Positions 15,762 to 24,606 of a DNA stretch of 24,606 nt are shown in pieces. A program made the position numbers and the translations under genes. Numbering within the stretch: position 1 is the first letter of the stretch; each line of letters begins with the position of its first letter. The notes under the pieces are model-generated. The model saw only the letters and a list, made by a program, of their open reading frames with translations, had not been told where the DNA came from and ran no database searches. The stretch comes from a virus (taxonomy: Duplodnaviria > Heunggongvirae > Uroviricota > Caudoviricetes), in IMG/VR virus record IMGVR_UViG_2737471843_000007; one strand, 5' to 3'.

Positions 15762-18176
15762 TTAATACAGGTTCCGCCACTTATCATCTTCCTGCAAACG
15801 CTGGTTCCGATAGAAGATACGCAAGCCTGCTCCTGACGGAATACTGCCGCCGCGAAGGAGTAAATCGACCTCTTTCTCGCTACCATCAAATCCTCTGGAC
15901 TTCAGCTCATAGACGAGCTGCAGTCGCTGATGGTCTGTAATTCGCTGTTTGTAGTCTTTACGCCGTTTCGGTTTCACCAGGCGTAACCTTGCAGCCAGTT
16001 CCCGGCGCTCTTTTTTGTTCATACTGTGCAGGTAATCGTGCAACTCCTTGTCATCCATGCTGGTAATGTCCGTTCTGGGGGCCCCATCAGCTGATTTATC
16101 TTTCTCCTGTTGGTTCAAATTTTCAGCAAGGGGACAGTTATTGCCACGAGTCCAAGGGGCGCAAGCGCCCTGGTCGGCTGCCGCCTCCTGAACGTCAACG
16201 GCCTTACGAACCATTTTCCACTTCACGGCATGAGTGCAGATTTTGCCCTCTGTAATGGGTGACCAGATGCCATAAATACGAATGCCGTGATCGCCATAGG
16301 CGGTCGGCTCTTCGTTGATTTCATAAGCGGTTCTGATGAGGTGATATTTACGGGGAACCAGTACGCCGCCCTGCTTCATGATGTAGGTGGCAAAACAACC
16401 AGCATCAGCTGCAGCCAGAATGGCATCAAGGCGCGGGTTATCCAGTACCGGCGCACCTGCTTTTTTGTCACCCTGTTGCCTTGCCGCCTGACCAGCCAGC
16501 AATCGCAGTTCACGGTAAGCCTGACGCCCCGGAATGCCAAAGAAGCGGAATTGCTGAACACGATGCAGAGACGCCCAGGCATTAACGTATTCAGCGTTAT
16601 CACGCAGAGATTTACCCGTTTCCTTGCTGATCTCGCCAGCCAGACCACGCCCGTCAATGTTCTTACTGATGTATTTCGCGATGTAGCTAGTCGGCGTTCC
16701 TTTGCGCGGGTTTATCAGCTCAGACTTAAAGCGTGGCCCCGTGTTATTACCCAGCTCCTCGCGGTCTTCACGGATAGCAAACTTACGCAACAATGCAGTA
16801 ATGGCGCGGCGGTCTTTTTTGCGCATGAAACACAACAGGTGCCAGTGAACTGTGCCGTCATGATGCGGCTCAGCCACCCGCACGCCATACCAGCGCAATC
16901 CGGCTTTGTGCATCGCCTTACGAAATGCAGCAAACATGCCGACCAGATAATCACTGCTTTGTCTTACCGTCGCATTTGTCCAGGTCGGGTTGGGCCTGCC
17001 GTTATTTAGCGTGGAATGGAAACGTGACGGACAGGTGATGGTGTAGAAAACGGCGCAGTCACCGCGCATTTCCGCGATAAGCTCCAGACCTTTAACACAG
17101 GCCATCATCTCATTGCGGCGATGCGCAGGGTTGCTGCTGCTGGCGTTTACCACATCCTCCATGTCCAGCGTATCGCCGTCTTCGTTCACCAGTTCATGAG
17201 AACGGAAAAACTCCAGCGACTTACGGCGCTGCTCACGTTTATGCATCACGGCTTCATAGCTGACATAGGGAGATGCTTTTTTGCTGACCAGGCAAACAGC
17301 ACGCAACTGCTCTTCCCGCCATTCGCAACGCATCTTCCACAATTTCCGATACCACCAGTCGGCGCACAGCATACGCGCCAGCGACCCCGGAATGAGTTCA
17401 TAGGGCACGGGTTTACGGCGGTTTCTTTTCCGGCGGAGTTGCTCAAACGCAGGCGGTATGACATCCAGTCGCAGGGTTTCCGCCGCCACCTTTTCCCATG
17501 TCTTGCGGATTTCTTCTGGCTTAACGTCATCGGTGGCATACAAATCGCCACAAGCGGCATCAAGGCACATGCTCATATGCGCAGCTACCAGGGTGGACAG
17601 GCGTTTCACCTGATCCTGACTCATTTCAGGCAGGATCAGCAGACCGTCCAGCCCTTCATGGCTTGCCATAAAGCGAAAAGAAGTGGATAGCTGACTGTCG
17701 CGTACATGCTCCAGTCGTTCCAGACATGGCTTAATCGTCTCACGCAAATAGCGGGAATAAGCCTTTGGCCTGCCCAGGCTGCTGAAGTATTCAATACGTT
17801 GCATCAGCGGCTTGCTGATATGGGAAGGCTGGGCGTTGACGTCCGCCAGAATGACCATATCCGGATTAAAACGCTGCTGCTCATGCGCCAGCTTTGCCCG
17901 ACTAATGAGCTTATCCTGTTCCATTTCGCGCTGGACAGGATCACGGGATTCATTAAAGAAATAACGCTCCCAGACCTGATCACTCAGCGCCTCACGGCGC
18001 AGCTGTTCCTGCTCGTTATCGGCAGCGTACAGAGTGATCAGGTTTGAAAGCGCAGAAACCGGCGCAACTTCCGCCGGGTCCAGATAAGGGTTAATGGCCT
18101 TTTTCGGGCTGTTCCATGAGAATGCTGCGGCGACCTCGTTAAAGCCGCTGCAGTTGTTCATATCAGCATGGCTCAT
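15762..18176 (-). CDS. A: Rolling-circle replication initiator (P2 gpA / 186 A-like, HUH endonuclease)
   Basis: The 804-aa ORF contains an HUH-type motif ([10 protein letters not shown]) and tyrosine motif ([10 protein letters not shown]). It is translationally coupled to the upstream methylase (ATGA). Confidence 0.95.
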   Translation of the reverse strand: MSHADMNNCSGFNEVAAAFSWNSPKKAINPYLDPAEVAPVSALSNLITLYAADNEQEQLRREALSDQVWERYFFNESRDPVQREMEQDKLISRAKLAHEQQRFNPDMVILADVNAQPSHISKPLMQRIEYFSSLGRPKAYSRYLRETIKPCLERLEHVRDSQLSTSFRFMASHEGLDGLLILPEMSQDQVKRLSTLVAAHMSMCLDAACGDLYATDDVKPEEIRKTWEKVAAETLRLDVIPPAFEQLRRKRNRRKPVPYELIPGSLARMLCADWWYRKLWKMRCEWREEQLRAVCLVSKKASPYVSYEAVMHKREQRRKSLEFFRSHELVNEDGDTLDMEDVVNASSSNPAHRRNEMMACVKGLELIAEMRGDCAVFYTITCPSRFHSTLNNGRPNPTWTNATVRQSSDYLVGMFAAFRKAMHKAGLRWYGVRVAEPHHDGTVHWHLLCFMRKKDRRAITALLRKFAIREDREELGNNTGPRFKSELINPRKGTPTSYIAKYISKNIDGRGLAGEISKETGKSLRDNAEYVNAWASLHRVQQFRFFGIPGRQAYRELRLLAGQAARQQGDKKAGAPVLDNPRLDAILAAADAGCFATYIMKQGGVLVPRKYHLIRTAYEINEEPTAYGDHGIRIYGIWSPITEGKICTHAVKWKMVRKAVDVQEAAADQGACAPWTRGNNCPLAENLNQQEKDKSADGAPRTDITSMDDKELHDYLHSMNKKERRELAARLRLVKPKRRKDYKQRITDHQRLQLVYELKSRGFDGSEKEVDLLLRGGSIPSGAGLRIFYRNQRLQEDDKWRNLY

Positions 18177-19030
18177 GCACGCACTCCGTACACGGCAGAA
18201 CTATCCACGCCACGCGAAGGATCAAATCCCACCCAGCAGCGCGGCCCGGAAACAGCGATGATTTCTGTTGCAGATTTACTCTCACCAACTGCCACACCGA
18301 TGCTGCGTTTTGCCTTGATGTAGTGGTGAGTAAAATTGCGATATAGCGAACGGATCAGGGATGTGTCACTGTTAGAAACAATGACCGGATGTCCTTCTGA
18401 TGACCGATGTTCAAGAACGGATGCCAGGTGATACTGGTCATCTTCAGTGAAACCATCAGTGTGATAGCCGGAAAACGTACCGTCATACGGCGGATCGCAA
18501 TACACCACATCCCCCACCTGCAGCATCGCCAGCGTTTCATCAAAGCTTGCGCAGATAAACGTTGCCCGCTGGGCTTTCTCTGCAAATGCGCGAATTTCTT
18601 TTTCAGGGAAATACGGATTTTTATAATTACCGTACGGAATGTTGAAATGCCCGCTCTTGTTATAGCGACATAAACCACGGTAACCGTGACGATTGAGATA
18701 CAGGAAATATACCGCTTTCATGAAATCAGTAATTTCAGTTGAGTAATTAAACTCCTGCCTTATGTTGTAATAAGCCACCTCCCTGTTTGCTTCCTTAAAT
18801 AAAACTCTGGCGCGAGATATAAACGATTCACAATCAGCGGCAACCTTTTTATAGAGGTTGATTAAATCAGGATTAATATCCGCAACCAGATAGCTTGGAT
18901 AATCCGTCGCCATCATCACAGCACAGGAACCCGCGAAAGGTTCAACCAGTCGCGGGCCAGCAGGAAGGTGTTTTTTCAGTTCGGACATAATTGCGGTTTT
19001 ATTTCCCGCCCATTTCAGGATGGTGCTCAT
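18173..19030 (-). CDS. dam: DNA adenine methyltransferase (Dam family, N6-A MTase)
   Basis: From the internal Met the protein starts [23 protein letters not shown] and includes the FAGSCAVMM region and the DPPY catalytic motif. Start ATG at 19030 overlaps the upstream stop (ATGA). Confidence 0.9.
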   Translation of the reverse strand: MSTILKWAGNKTAIMSELKKHLPAGPRLVEPFAGSCAVMMATDYPSYLVADINPDLINLYKKVAADCESFISRARVLFKEANREVAYYNIRQEFNYSTEITDFMKAVYFLYLNRHGYRGLCRYNKSGHFNIPYGNYKNPYFPEKEIRAFAEKAQRATFICASFDETLAMLQVGDVVYCDPPYDGTFSGYHTDGFTEDDQYHLASVLEHRSSEGHPVIVSNSDTSLIRSLYRNFTHHYIKAKRSIGVAVGESKSATEIIAVSGPRCWVGFDPSRGVDSSAVYGVRA

Positions 19031-19254
19031 ACAGCACCTCCGTTGTAATGTTTGCCTTTCAGCTCTGCGATTTCCTGACAGATAATGCAAAGCTGCACAC
19101 CTGGAATGGCGCGGCGGCGTGCTGGCGGAATTGGCGCTTCACACTCAATGCAAAGCACGCGGGACACGCCCGGCGTTTTGGCACGGGCAGCACGGATATG
19201 GCGCTGGCGTTCTTCTTCAACGCGCTGCTGTACGAGATCCATTGCATCAGCCAT
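19027..19254 (-). CDS. TraR/DksA-type C4 zinc-finger protein
   Basis: The 75-aa ORF has a C-x2-C...C-x2-C arrangement (CIECEAP...CIICQE). It is coupled to flanking genes by ATGA/TAATG overlaps. Confidence 0.7.
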   Translation of the reverse strand: MADAMDLVQQRVEEERQRHIRAARAKTPGVSRVLCIECEAPIPPARRRAIPGVQLCIICQEIAELKGKHYNGGAV

Positions 19255-19487
19255 TAGTGGATCTCCTGCGCTTCGTTCTGGATTGCTTCAGCAGTTACAC
19301 GCAGTAGTTCTGCTGCTTCGACGTGGTTTAGCTGGCGGGATGTGATATGACACGCCAGGCTATCAAGGCGAGCTGCCATTGCTTCAGCCCTTGCCCGGCG
19401 TTCTTCCAGACGAGCCTCTGTCAGTAAAATATTAAGCCCTGCATCATCCGGTCCGGTTTTAGTCGTGAGGGTTTCAATATTACGCAT
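19254..19487 (-). CDS. Hypothetical early protein
   Basis: ATG at 19487 is preceded by SD AGGAG; the ORF-track start at 19493 is TTG. Its stop overlaps the next start (TAATG). Confidence 0.5.
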   Translation of the reverse strand: MRNIETLTTKTGPDDAGLNILLTEARLEERRARAEAMAARLDSLACHITSRQLNHVEAAELLRVTAEAIQNEAQEIH

Positions 19488-19554
19488 AATCAATTCTCCT
19501 GAATTTAGATAAAGGGATACCCGGCGGGTTTACGCCATTAATTTCATTAGTTGG

Positions 19555-19896
19555 TTAATTCGGCATGGTTAGCCGTCTGGGAAATAAGCTCACCACTGCA
19601 CGAAAATGATTCATTGCTTTAATCAACTCCCGCTTTTCGTCAGTGGTCAGCTCATTAATGCTGATGCTATGACGTTCAGCTGGAATTTTTGCCATAAAGA
19701 ATATAGCAGCCAGTGCCCGTTTATTTTGTTCGTTATTGATATCCCGTGGATCACGCATATCTTTAATAAACCGCTCAAGCTCTGACTCAATATTCAGGCC
19801 AAAAACTTTCGCCCTTAGCTCCGCAATGTGATTAAGTCCATTCAGGCGTTCACCGGGGCTTAATGGAACAGTCGCCGCAGCGCCATTAATTGCCAT
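19555..19896 (-). CDS. Hypothetical early protein
   Basis: The 113-aa ORF is in the early operon between the cII-proximal genes and the zinc-finger gene. Confidence 0.5.
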   Translation of the reverse strand: MAINGAAATVPLSPGERLNGLNHIAELRAKVFGLNIESELERFIKDMRDPRDINNEQNKRALAAIFFMAKIPAERHSISINELTTDEKRELIKAMNHFRAVVSLFPRRLTMPN

Positions 19897-19918
19897 AATT
19901 CATATCCCCAAAACGCAA

Positions 19919-20143
19919 CTATCGTTGTTTGTTATTACGGTAACGTTCAAGAGGAGATACATTTTTTCGTATCGTCTCTTTAACCTGCTCTCCCCGTAAA
20001 AACGTCCCATCTTTTAGCGTGAAAAAGTAACTGCCATCGCCCGACAACGACGGATAACAACAGAGCAAATCATCTTCAGGTACTGAATAACTCTCCCCTC
20101 TGTAACGAAACTGATAAACCACTTCACTTTCCGCTGCATACAT
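19919..20143 (-). CDS. Hypothetical small early protein
   Basis: The 74-aa ORF has a good SD (GGAGAAAG) 8 nt before the ATG at 20143. Confidence 0.5.
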   Translation of the reverse strand: MYAAESEVVYQFRYRGESYSVPEDDLLCCYPSLSGDGSYFFTLKDGTFLRGEQVKETIRKNVSPLERYRNNKQR

Positions 20144-20310
20144 TTTGACTTTCTCCGTTTCCTCGTGGTCAATTCAGACAGCAATTCATCTTGTGAATGG
20201 CATGGATGCCAGGGTTTTCCATCCTCACCCATGATCCAGCCGTGACCGTAGTGCATTGCCGGGCTTTGCTTTACCAGCAGCGATGCAAATGATGGTTCTT
20301 TCGTCAGCAT
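20014..20310 (-). CDS. Hypothetical small early protein overlapping the next gene (true 3' end uncertain)
   Basis: The ORF starts right after the cII stop (MLTKEPSFASLLVKQSPAMHYGHGWIMGEDGKPWHPC...). Its distal part is Arg/Cys-rich and overlaps 19919-20143 in another frame, so the real protein may be shorter or frameshifted. Confidence 0.3.
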   Translation of the reverse strand: MLTKEPSFASLLVKQSPAMHYGHGWIMGEDGKPWHPCHSQDELLSELTTRKRRKSKCMQRKVKWFISFVTEGRVIQYLKMICSVVIRRCRAMAVTFSR

Positions 20311-20317
20311 AAGTACC

Positions 20318-20827
20318 TCACAGCAAACCGAATGAAGCACCGAGGCCAGTCACGGTATCAACTGCACTCGCCATCGCAGGGTTAGCCTGTAAACGGGCCT
20401 GCAATGAAACAGCAGCCAACGCCATCAGTCGTGTTACAGAGTTAATGCTGCTGATAGCATCACGACGACCTGCACTGGTTTTTACATCGCCAGATACCGC
20501 ACCTGCAGCAACACGCCCGATCTCTGCGGTTGCACTCATGACGTAATGTGGCAGTTTCTCTTTTGCCACCTCATTAATCGGTACACATGGCAGACAATGA
20601 ATCTGTGCCAGAAAACCGTCTACCAGCGTTGAATCTTCAGTCAGATCGGTAAGTAGCCAGATATCTGGTGCGGTTAATAAATGAGGTTGAGCTGGGTTCA
20701 GCTTGTTCCGCAGAATCTGCACATTCATGCCTGCACGTTCTGCCAGTTGCACCAGGTTGTGGCGCAGTGCGAATGCACGACAGGCTTCATCAAAATGTGG
20801 ATGTTTGGAAACTTGGTAATCAAACAT
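20318..20827 (-). CDS. cII: CII-like lysogeny establishment activator (phage 186 CII-like)
   Basis: From ATG at 20827 the protein begins [45 protein letters not shown], close to the 186 CII sequence as I recall it. Confidence 0.8.
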   Translation of the reverse strand: MFDYQVSKHPHFDEACRAFALRHNLVQLAERAGMNVQILRNKLNPAQPHLLTAPDIWLLTDLTEDSTLVDGFLAQIHCLPCVPINEVAKEKLPHYVMSATAEIGRVAAGAVSGDVKTSAGRRDAISSINSVTRLMALAAVSLQARLQANPAMASAVDTVTGLGASFGLL

Positions 20828-20859
20828 GGTCGACACCCCTGATGTATCCCAAAATGGAA

Positions 20860-21081
20860 CTAGTTGAATACAACATTGCAATCAGTAAGTGCATCAACGG
20901 TAAGAGCAGCAAGGTTGATCATCACCTTTTCTCTTTTCTTGTCTTTCCGAAGGCGATGCCGAGGGATGCGACCGTCAGCCAGCATATCGTTAATTGTGTC
21001 GATTGAAAGACCAGTAAGTTCGCTATAACGCTCAATTGTGACATGTGGCGTATTCAGAGTTATTGAAATGTTAGGGGTCAT
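20860..21081 (-). CDS. apl: Apl/Cox-like excisionase and lytic-promoter regulator
   Basis: The 73-aa protein from ATG at 21081 ([40 protein letters not shown]) has a helix-turn-helix excisionase character. It is the first gene of the early operon, divergent from cI. Confidence 0.7.
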   Translation of the reverse strand: MTPNISITLNTPHVTIERYSELTGLSIDTINDMLADGRIPRHRLRKDKKREKVMINLAALTVDALTDCNVVFN

Positions 21082-21176
21082 GATGCAACATCTCCTATTG
21101 GCTTGTGGTGAGCCTGTAGTAATCGTGACAAGTACCCAAATGGGGACAAAACTGATACTAGGATCGCAAAAGAGAT
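21082..21176. promoter_or_regulatory. Lysis/lysogeny switch region between apl and cI (expected face-to-face pR/pL promoters and CI operators)
   Basis: It is a 95-bp divergent intergenic region between the first lytic gene and the repressor gene. Individual operators could not be assigned by eye. Confidence 0.5.
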
Positions 21177-21773
21177 ATGTCAACATCAAAGTACCCAAGT
21201 GAGATCAAAATAAATCCCAATAAAGGTGGTAAGGCTGCGATTGAGCGATTAGTCGAAGCTTATGGCTTTACGACACGACAGGCTTTAGCTGATCACTTGG
21301 AAGTATCAAAAAGCACTCTGGCGAACAGGTATTTGCGGGATACGTTTCCTGCAGACTGGATAATCCAATGTGCTCTTGAAACAGGAACCTCACTGAAATG
21401 GTTAACCACCGGGCAAGGACTTAAGCAAAGCTCGCTGACAGTAGCCACAGAAGAGCTTCCCAAGTTTCGCCTTACCGCAGGCAAAATGATTGAAGATGGT
21501 TCATATGTCTTCGATTCATCATTTCTTCCTGCAAATCTTTCATCACCAATTGTTATTCAGGATGGGCTTGTCACATACATTTGTGATCAAAAATTTTCTG
21601 AAGTACTTGATGGGCACTGGTTAATCAACATCGACGGAACCTATTCCATTCGAAAAATCACAAAGCTTCCAAAAGGTATGATTAAAATTACAACTACAGA
21701 GAATAGCTTTGAATGTGCATTTTCTGATATTGAAGTGGTTGCTTGTATAAGAAGTACAATAGTTTCAAATTGA
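21177..21773 (+). CDS. cI: CI-type immunity repressor (186 CI-like)
   Basis: The 198-aa ORF has an N-terminal HTH region (GFTTRQALADHLEVSKSTLANRYLR) and the conserved CALETG motif, upstream of int as in 186. Confidence 0.75.
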   Translation: MSTSKYPSEIKINPNKGGKAAIERLVEAYGFTTRQALADHLEVSKSTLANRYLRDTFPADWIIQCALETGTSLKWLTTGQGLKQSSLTVATEELPKFRLTAGKMIEDGSYVFDSSFLPANLSSPIVIQDGLVTYICDQKFSEVLDGHWLINIDGTYSIRKITKLPKGMIKITTTENSFECAFSDIEVVACIRSTIVSN

Positions 21774-21793
21774 TATAGTAAAAGGATTTAAAA

Positions 21794-23470
21794 ATGAATT
21801 CATTTTCCATCGTTATATTCTTATTAGCATTTCTCGCCCCTGTTCTAGCTATAATATTATTTAAGCAAAGTAAAGAACACAAAACCGCCATAGATAACCT
21901 GACGGCTAACAACATAGCTCTTTCCAGCCAACTGAAAGAAAATCAAGAAGAATTAGCACAGACTGTACGAGATCTATCAGAGCTTGAAGGACGAGCTGCA
22001 CCATTATGGCAATACGTAGAATTGCACAGCGCAGTGATGGAAGCAGAGAATAAGATAAAAAATGCAGACTCAATAGCCAGGCAAAAAATAGAAGAAGCCC
22101 AAATAAAGGCTGCTAAGACAGTAAACGAAGCAAATTATCAAGCTCAGATAACAATAAGCAACGCTAATAGCGAAGCTATAGCAATCACCAAAGACGCTCG
22201 CGATGCACGCCTGAAAGCCAAAGAACGTCTTGATAATGCCAACAGTAAAGCAAATGAGCTGATCTCAAATGCTAATGACAACGCAGTAAAAATTATTTCC
22301 GATGCAGAAGAAAGAGCAAAAGAGATTGCTGGTTCAGCATATGAAGCTAAAGAGTTTGCAGAAAAATATGAAGCAGTTGCCAAATCAATGAAAAATAAAA
22401 TTGAAGGTTATGGCGATGAATGGATCATCCCTAACCGTAGTGTACTTGATGAATTGGCAGAAAATTATGAGTTTACAGATGCAGGCAAGGAATTACAAAA
22501 AGCCAGGGAGTTAACAAAATCATTAATAAAAACTAATAAAGCAGCTTCGTGTGATTATGTTGAGCAAAACAGGCGTAATACTGCTATCAACTTTGTTTTG
22601 GATGCCTTCAATGGAAGAGTTGACAGTATTTTATCAAAAGTCAAACACAACAATTTTGGAAAACTTTCCCAAGAAATAAAAGATGCATTTCAACTTGTAA
22701 ATTATAATGGCTCTGCTTTTAAATCCGCAAAAATAAGTGACATCTATCTTCAGGCACGACTCAACGAGCTAAAATGGGGAGTTGCAGTTAATGAAATTAT
22801 GCTCGAAGAAAAAGAGGAGCAAAGAAGGATTAAAGAACAGCTTCGTGAAGAGGAAAGAGCTCGTAGAGAGTATGAAAAAGCGATAAAAGAAGCCGAAAAA
22901 GAAGAGAAAGCTATTCAACAAGCTATAAATAAAGCGACGAAAGAGCTTATGCTTGCAAATGAAGAACAACGCTTAGCTTTAGAGCAAAAAATAGCTGAAC
23001 TACAGTTAAAATATGAAGAAGCTGAAGCTAAAAACCAACGAGCTATTTCTATGGCTCAACAAACTAGATCAGGCCATGTTTATATAATTAGCAATATTGG
23101 CTCATTTGGCGAAGATGTATATAAAATTGGAATGACACGCCGCCTTGAACCACTTGATCGTGTTCGTGAACTTGGGGATGCTAGTGTTCCTTTTTCGTTC
23201 GATGTTCATGCGATGATTTATAGTGATGATGCACCGTCATTAGAAAATCATCTGCATAAAGTCTTCAACGAAAAGCAGGTCAATAAAATTAACTCACGAA
23301 AAGAGTTTTTTAACGTAAATATTAAAGAAATTAAATCGGTTATTGAAGATATGAACATCAATGCCCACTGGACAATGTTTGCAGAGGCGAAAGAATATAG
23401 AGAGTCACTAGCTATTGAGCAGGAACGCAAAGCAGCCACTTCCGCCAACGATGAACTACATGTTGCTTAG
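21794..23470 (+). CDS. Cargo gene: membrane-anchored coiled-coil protein with DUF4041-like region and C-terminal T5orf172 (GIY-YIG-like) domain
   Basis: The 558-aa ORF has SD AAGGA before the ATG and is strongly AT-rich. It has an N-terminal TM (FSIVIFLLAFLAPVLAIILF) and a long K/E/A-rich coiled coil. The C-terminus GHVYIISNIGSFGEDVYKIGMTRRLEPLDRVRELGD...LENHLHKVFNEKQVN...KEFFNV fits the T5orf172/Mug113 pattern. Confidence 0.7.
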   Translation: MNSFSIVIFLLAFLAPVLAIILFKQSKEHKTAIDNLTANNIALSSQLKENQEELAQTVRDLSELEGRAAPLWQYVELHSAVMEAENKIKNADSIARQKIEEAQIKAAKTVNEANYQAQITISNANSEAIAITKDARDARLKAKERLDNANSKANELISNANDNAVKIISDAEERAKEIAGSAYEAKEFAEKYEAVAKSMKNKIEGYGDEWIIPNRSVLDELAENYEFTDAGKELQKARELTKSLIKTNKAASCDYVEQNRRNTAINFVLDAFNGRVDSILSKVKHNNFGKLSQEIKDAFQLVNYNGSAFKSAKISDIYLQARLNELKWGVAVNEIMLEEKEEQRRIKEQLREEERARREYEKAIKEAEKEEKAIQQAINKATKELMLANEEQRLALEQKIAELQLKYEEAEAKNQRAISMAQQTRSGHVYIISNIGSFGEDVYKIGMTRRLEPLDRVRELGDASVPFSFDVHAMIYSDDAPSLENHLHKVFNEKQVNKINSRKEFFNVNIKEIKSVIEDMNINAHWTMFAEAKEYRESLAIEQERKAATSANDELHVA

Positions 23471-23528
23471 CAATGTATGTTTCATAGCAATCACACATTG
23501 ATTACTGGTTGTATATACAGTTAAATTT

Positions 23529-23553
23529 AGCCCTCTGATATGAGGGCTTTTTT
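23529..23553 (+). terminator. Rho-independent terminator immediately upstream of the int start codon
   Basis: Hairpin AGCCCTC-tgatat-GAGGGCT is followed by TTTTT, which runs directly into the int ATG at 23554. Confidence 0.6.
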
Positions 23554-24606
23554 ATGGCAGTACGAAAACTCACCACAGGAAAATGGCTGTGCGAATGTTA
23601 TCCCGCCGGACGTAGTGGACGTCGTGTGCGTAAACAATTCGCCACCAAAGGCGAAGCTCTGGCTTTTGAGCGTCACACGATGGAAGAAACCGAAGCAAAG
23701 CCCTGGCTAGGTGAATCAGTGGATCGTCGAACACTGAAAGACGTGGTTGAGCTATGGTTCAAACTACATGGTAAATCACTGACTGCTGGGCAGCATGTCT
23801 ATGACAAATTGCTGCTGATGGTTGACGCTCTGGGCAATCCCCTTGCAACGGATCTAACCTCTAAAATGTTTGCCCACTATCGAGATAAACGCCTGACAGG
23901 CGAGATCTACTTCAGCGAGAAATGGAAGAAAGGAGCAAGCCCGGTCACCATTAACCTGGAGCAAAGCTATCTAAGTAGTGTTTTTAGCGAACTATCCCGT
24001 CTGGGCGAATGGTCGTATCCGAACCCACTGGAGAACATGCGAAAATTCACCATCGCAGAAAAAGAGATGGCATGGCTTACCCATGAGCAGATTGTTGAAT
24101 TGCTGGCTGATTGCAAACGTCAGGACCCAATTCTGGCACTGGTAGTTAAGATATGCTTAAGCACAGGCGCACGCTGGCGTGAAGCCGTAAATCTTACCCG
24201 CTCACAGGTGACCAAATACCGAATTACCTTTGTCAGAACGAAGGGGAAGAAAAACAGAAGCATCCCTATCAGTAAAGAGCTTTACGAAGAGATCATGGCG
24301 CTCGATGGGTTCAATTTCTTCACAGACTGCTATTTTCAATTTTTATCCGTGATGGAAAAAACGTCTATCGTGCTCCCTCGCGGTCAACTCACACACGTTC
24401 TGCGCCATACGTTTGCAGCGCACTTCATGATGTCGGGTGGAAACATTCTGGCCTTACAAAAAATTCTCGGACACCACGATATAAAAATGACTATGCGTTA
24501 CGCACATCTGGCACCGGATCATCTGGAAACGGCGCTCCGTTTCAATCCTCTGGCAACGCTGCCAAGTGGCGACAAAGTGGCGGCAGCGGTTGGCATTACC
24601 CCGTAA
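23554..24606 (+). CDS. int: Tyrosine integrase (P2/186 Int family)
   Basis: The 350-aa ORF has an N-terminus MAVRKLTTGKW...GRRVRKQFATKGEALAFE like P2 Int, and C-terminal catalytic motifs (HVLRHTFA; MRYAHL). Confidence 0.9.
   Translation: MAVRKLTTGKWLCECYPAGRSGRRVRKQFATKGEALAFERHTMEETEAKPWLGESVDRRTLKDVVELWFKLHGKSLTAGQHVYDKLLLMVDALGNPLATDLTSKMFAHYRDKRLTGEIYFSEKWKKGASPVTINLEQSYLSSVFSELSRLGEWSYPNPLENMRKFTIAEKEMAWLTHEQIVELLADCKRQDPILALVVKICLSTGARWREAVNLTRSQVTKYRITFVRTKGKKNRSIPISKELYEEIMALDGFNFFTDCYFQFLSVMEKTSIVLPRGQLTHVLRHTFAAHFMMSGGNILALQKILGHHDIKMTMRYAHLAPDHLETALRFNPLATLPSGDKVAAAVGITP

Noticed and set aside
16287-17690. Plus-strand ORFs 16287-17009 and 17121-17690, and other ORFs nested in the A gene
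   Set aside because: They are antisense to the 804-aa replication initiator, which has clear catalytic motifs. No RBS or homology supports them.
22144-22969. Minus-strand ORFs 22144-22383 and 22769-22969 inside the cargo gene
   Set aside because: They are low-complexity antisense frames created by the repetitive AAG/GAA-rich coiled-coil coding sequence.
1-24606. CRISPR arrays, tRNA or rRNA genes, IS elements, and attL/attR
   Set aside because: No regularly spaced direct repeats, tRNA-like cloverleaf segments or transposase ORFs were seen. The window ends at the int stop codon, so the attachment site presumably lies beyond it and cannot be assessed.

Overview
The window is almost entirely a P2-family prophage, most similar in organisation to coliphage 186, read in reverse of the usual P2 map. 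The GC-rich backbone runs: tail fibre H (3' end outside the window), baseplate genes I, J, W, V, tail completion S and R, a lysis cassette (spanins, endolysin, holin), X, L, M, N, O on the minus strand, then P and Q on the plus strand, a candidate cos site, an SOS-controlled DinI-like module behind a LexA box, replication initiator A, a Dam methylase, small early ORFs, CII, Apl, the switch region, CI and integrase. Four visibly AT-rich cargo (moron) insertions interrupt this backbone. The strongest candidate for an undescribed system is a translationally coupled pair between Q and cos (12762-14074): a GHKL/Bergerat-fold ATPase followed by a small STAS-like protein. The second is a 558-aa membrane-anchored, coiled-coil protein with a C-terminal T5orf172/GIY-YIG-like domain inserted between cI and int (21794-23470). 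The others are a 3-TM membrane protein between V and S (3590-4396) and a lipoprotein next to cos (14385-15062). All calls come from reading the supplied translations and sequence by eye; no searches or computations were run, and GC differences are by-eye impressions.
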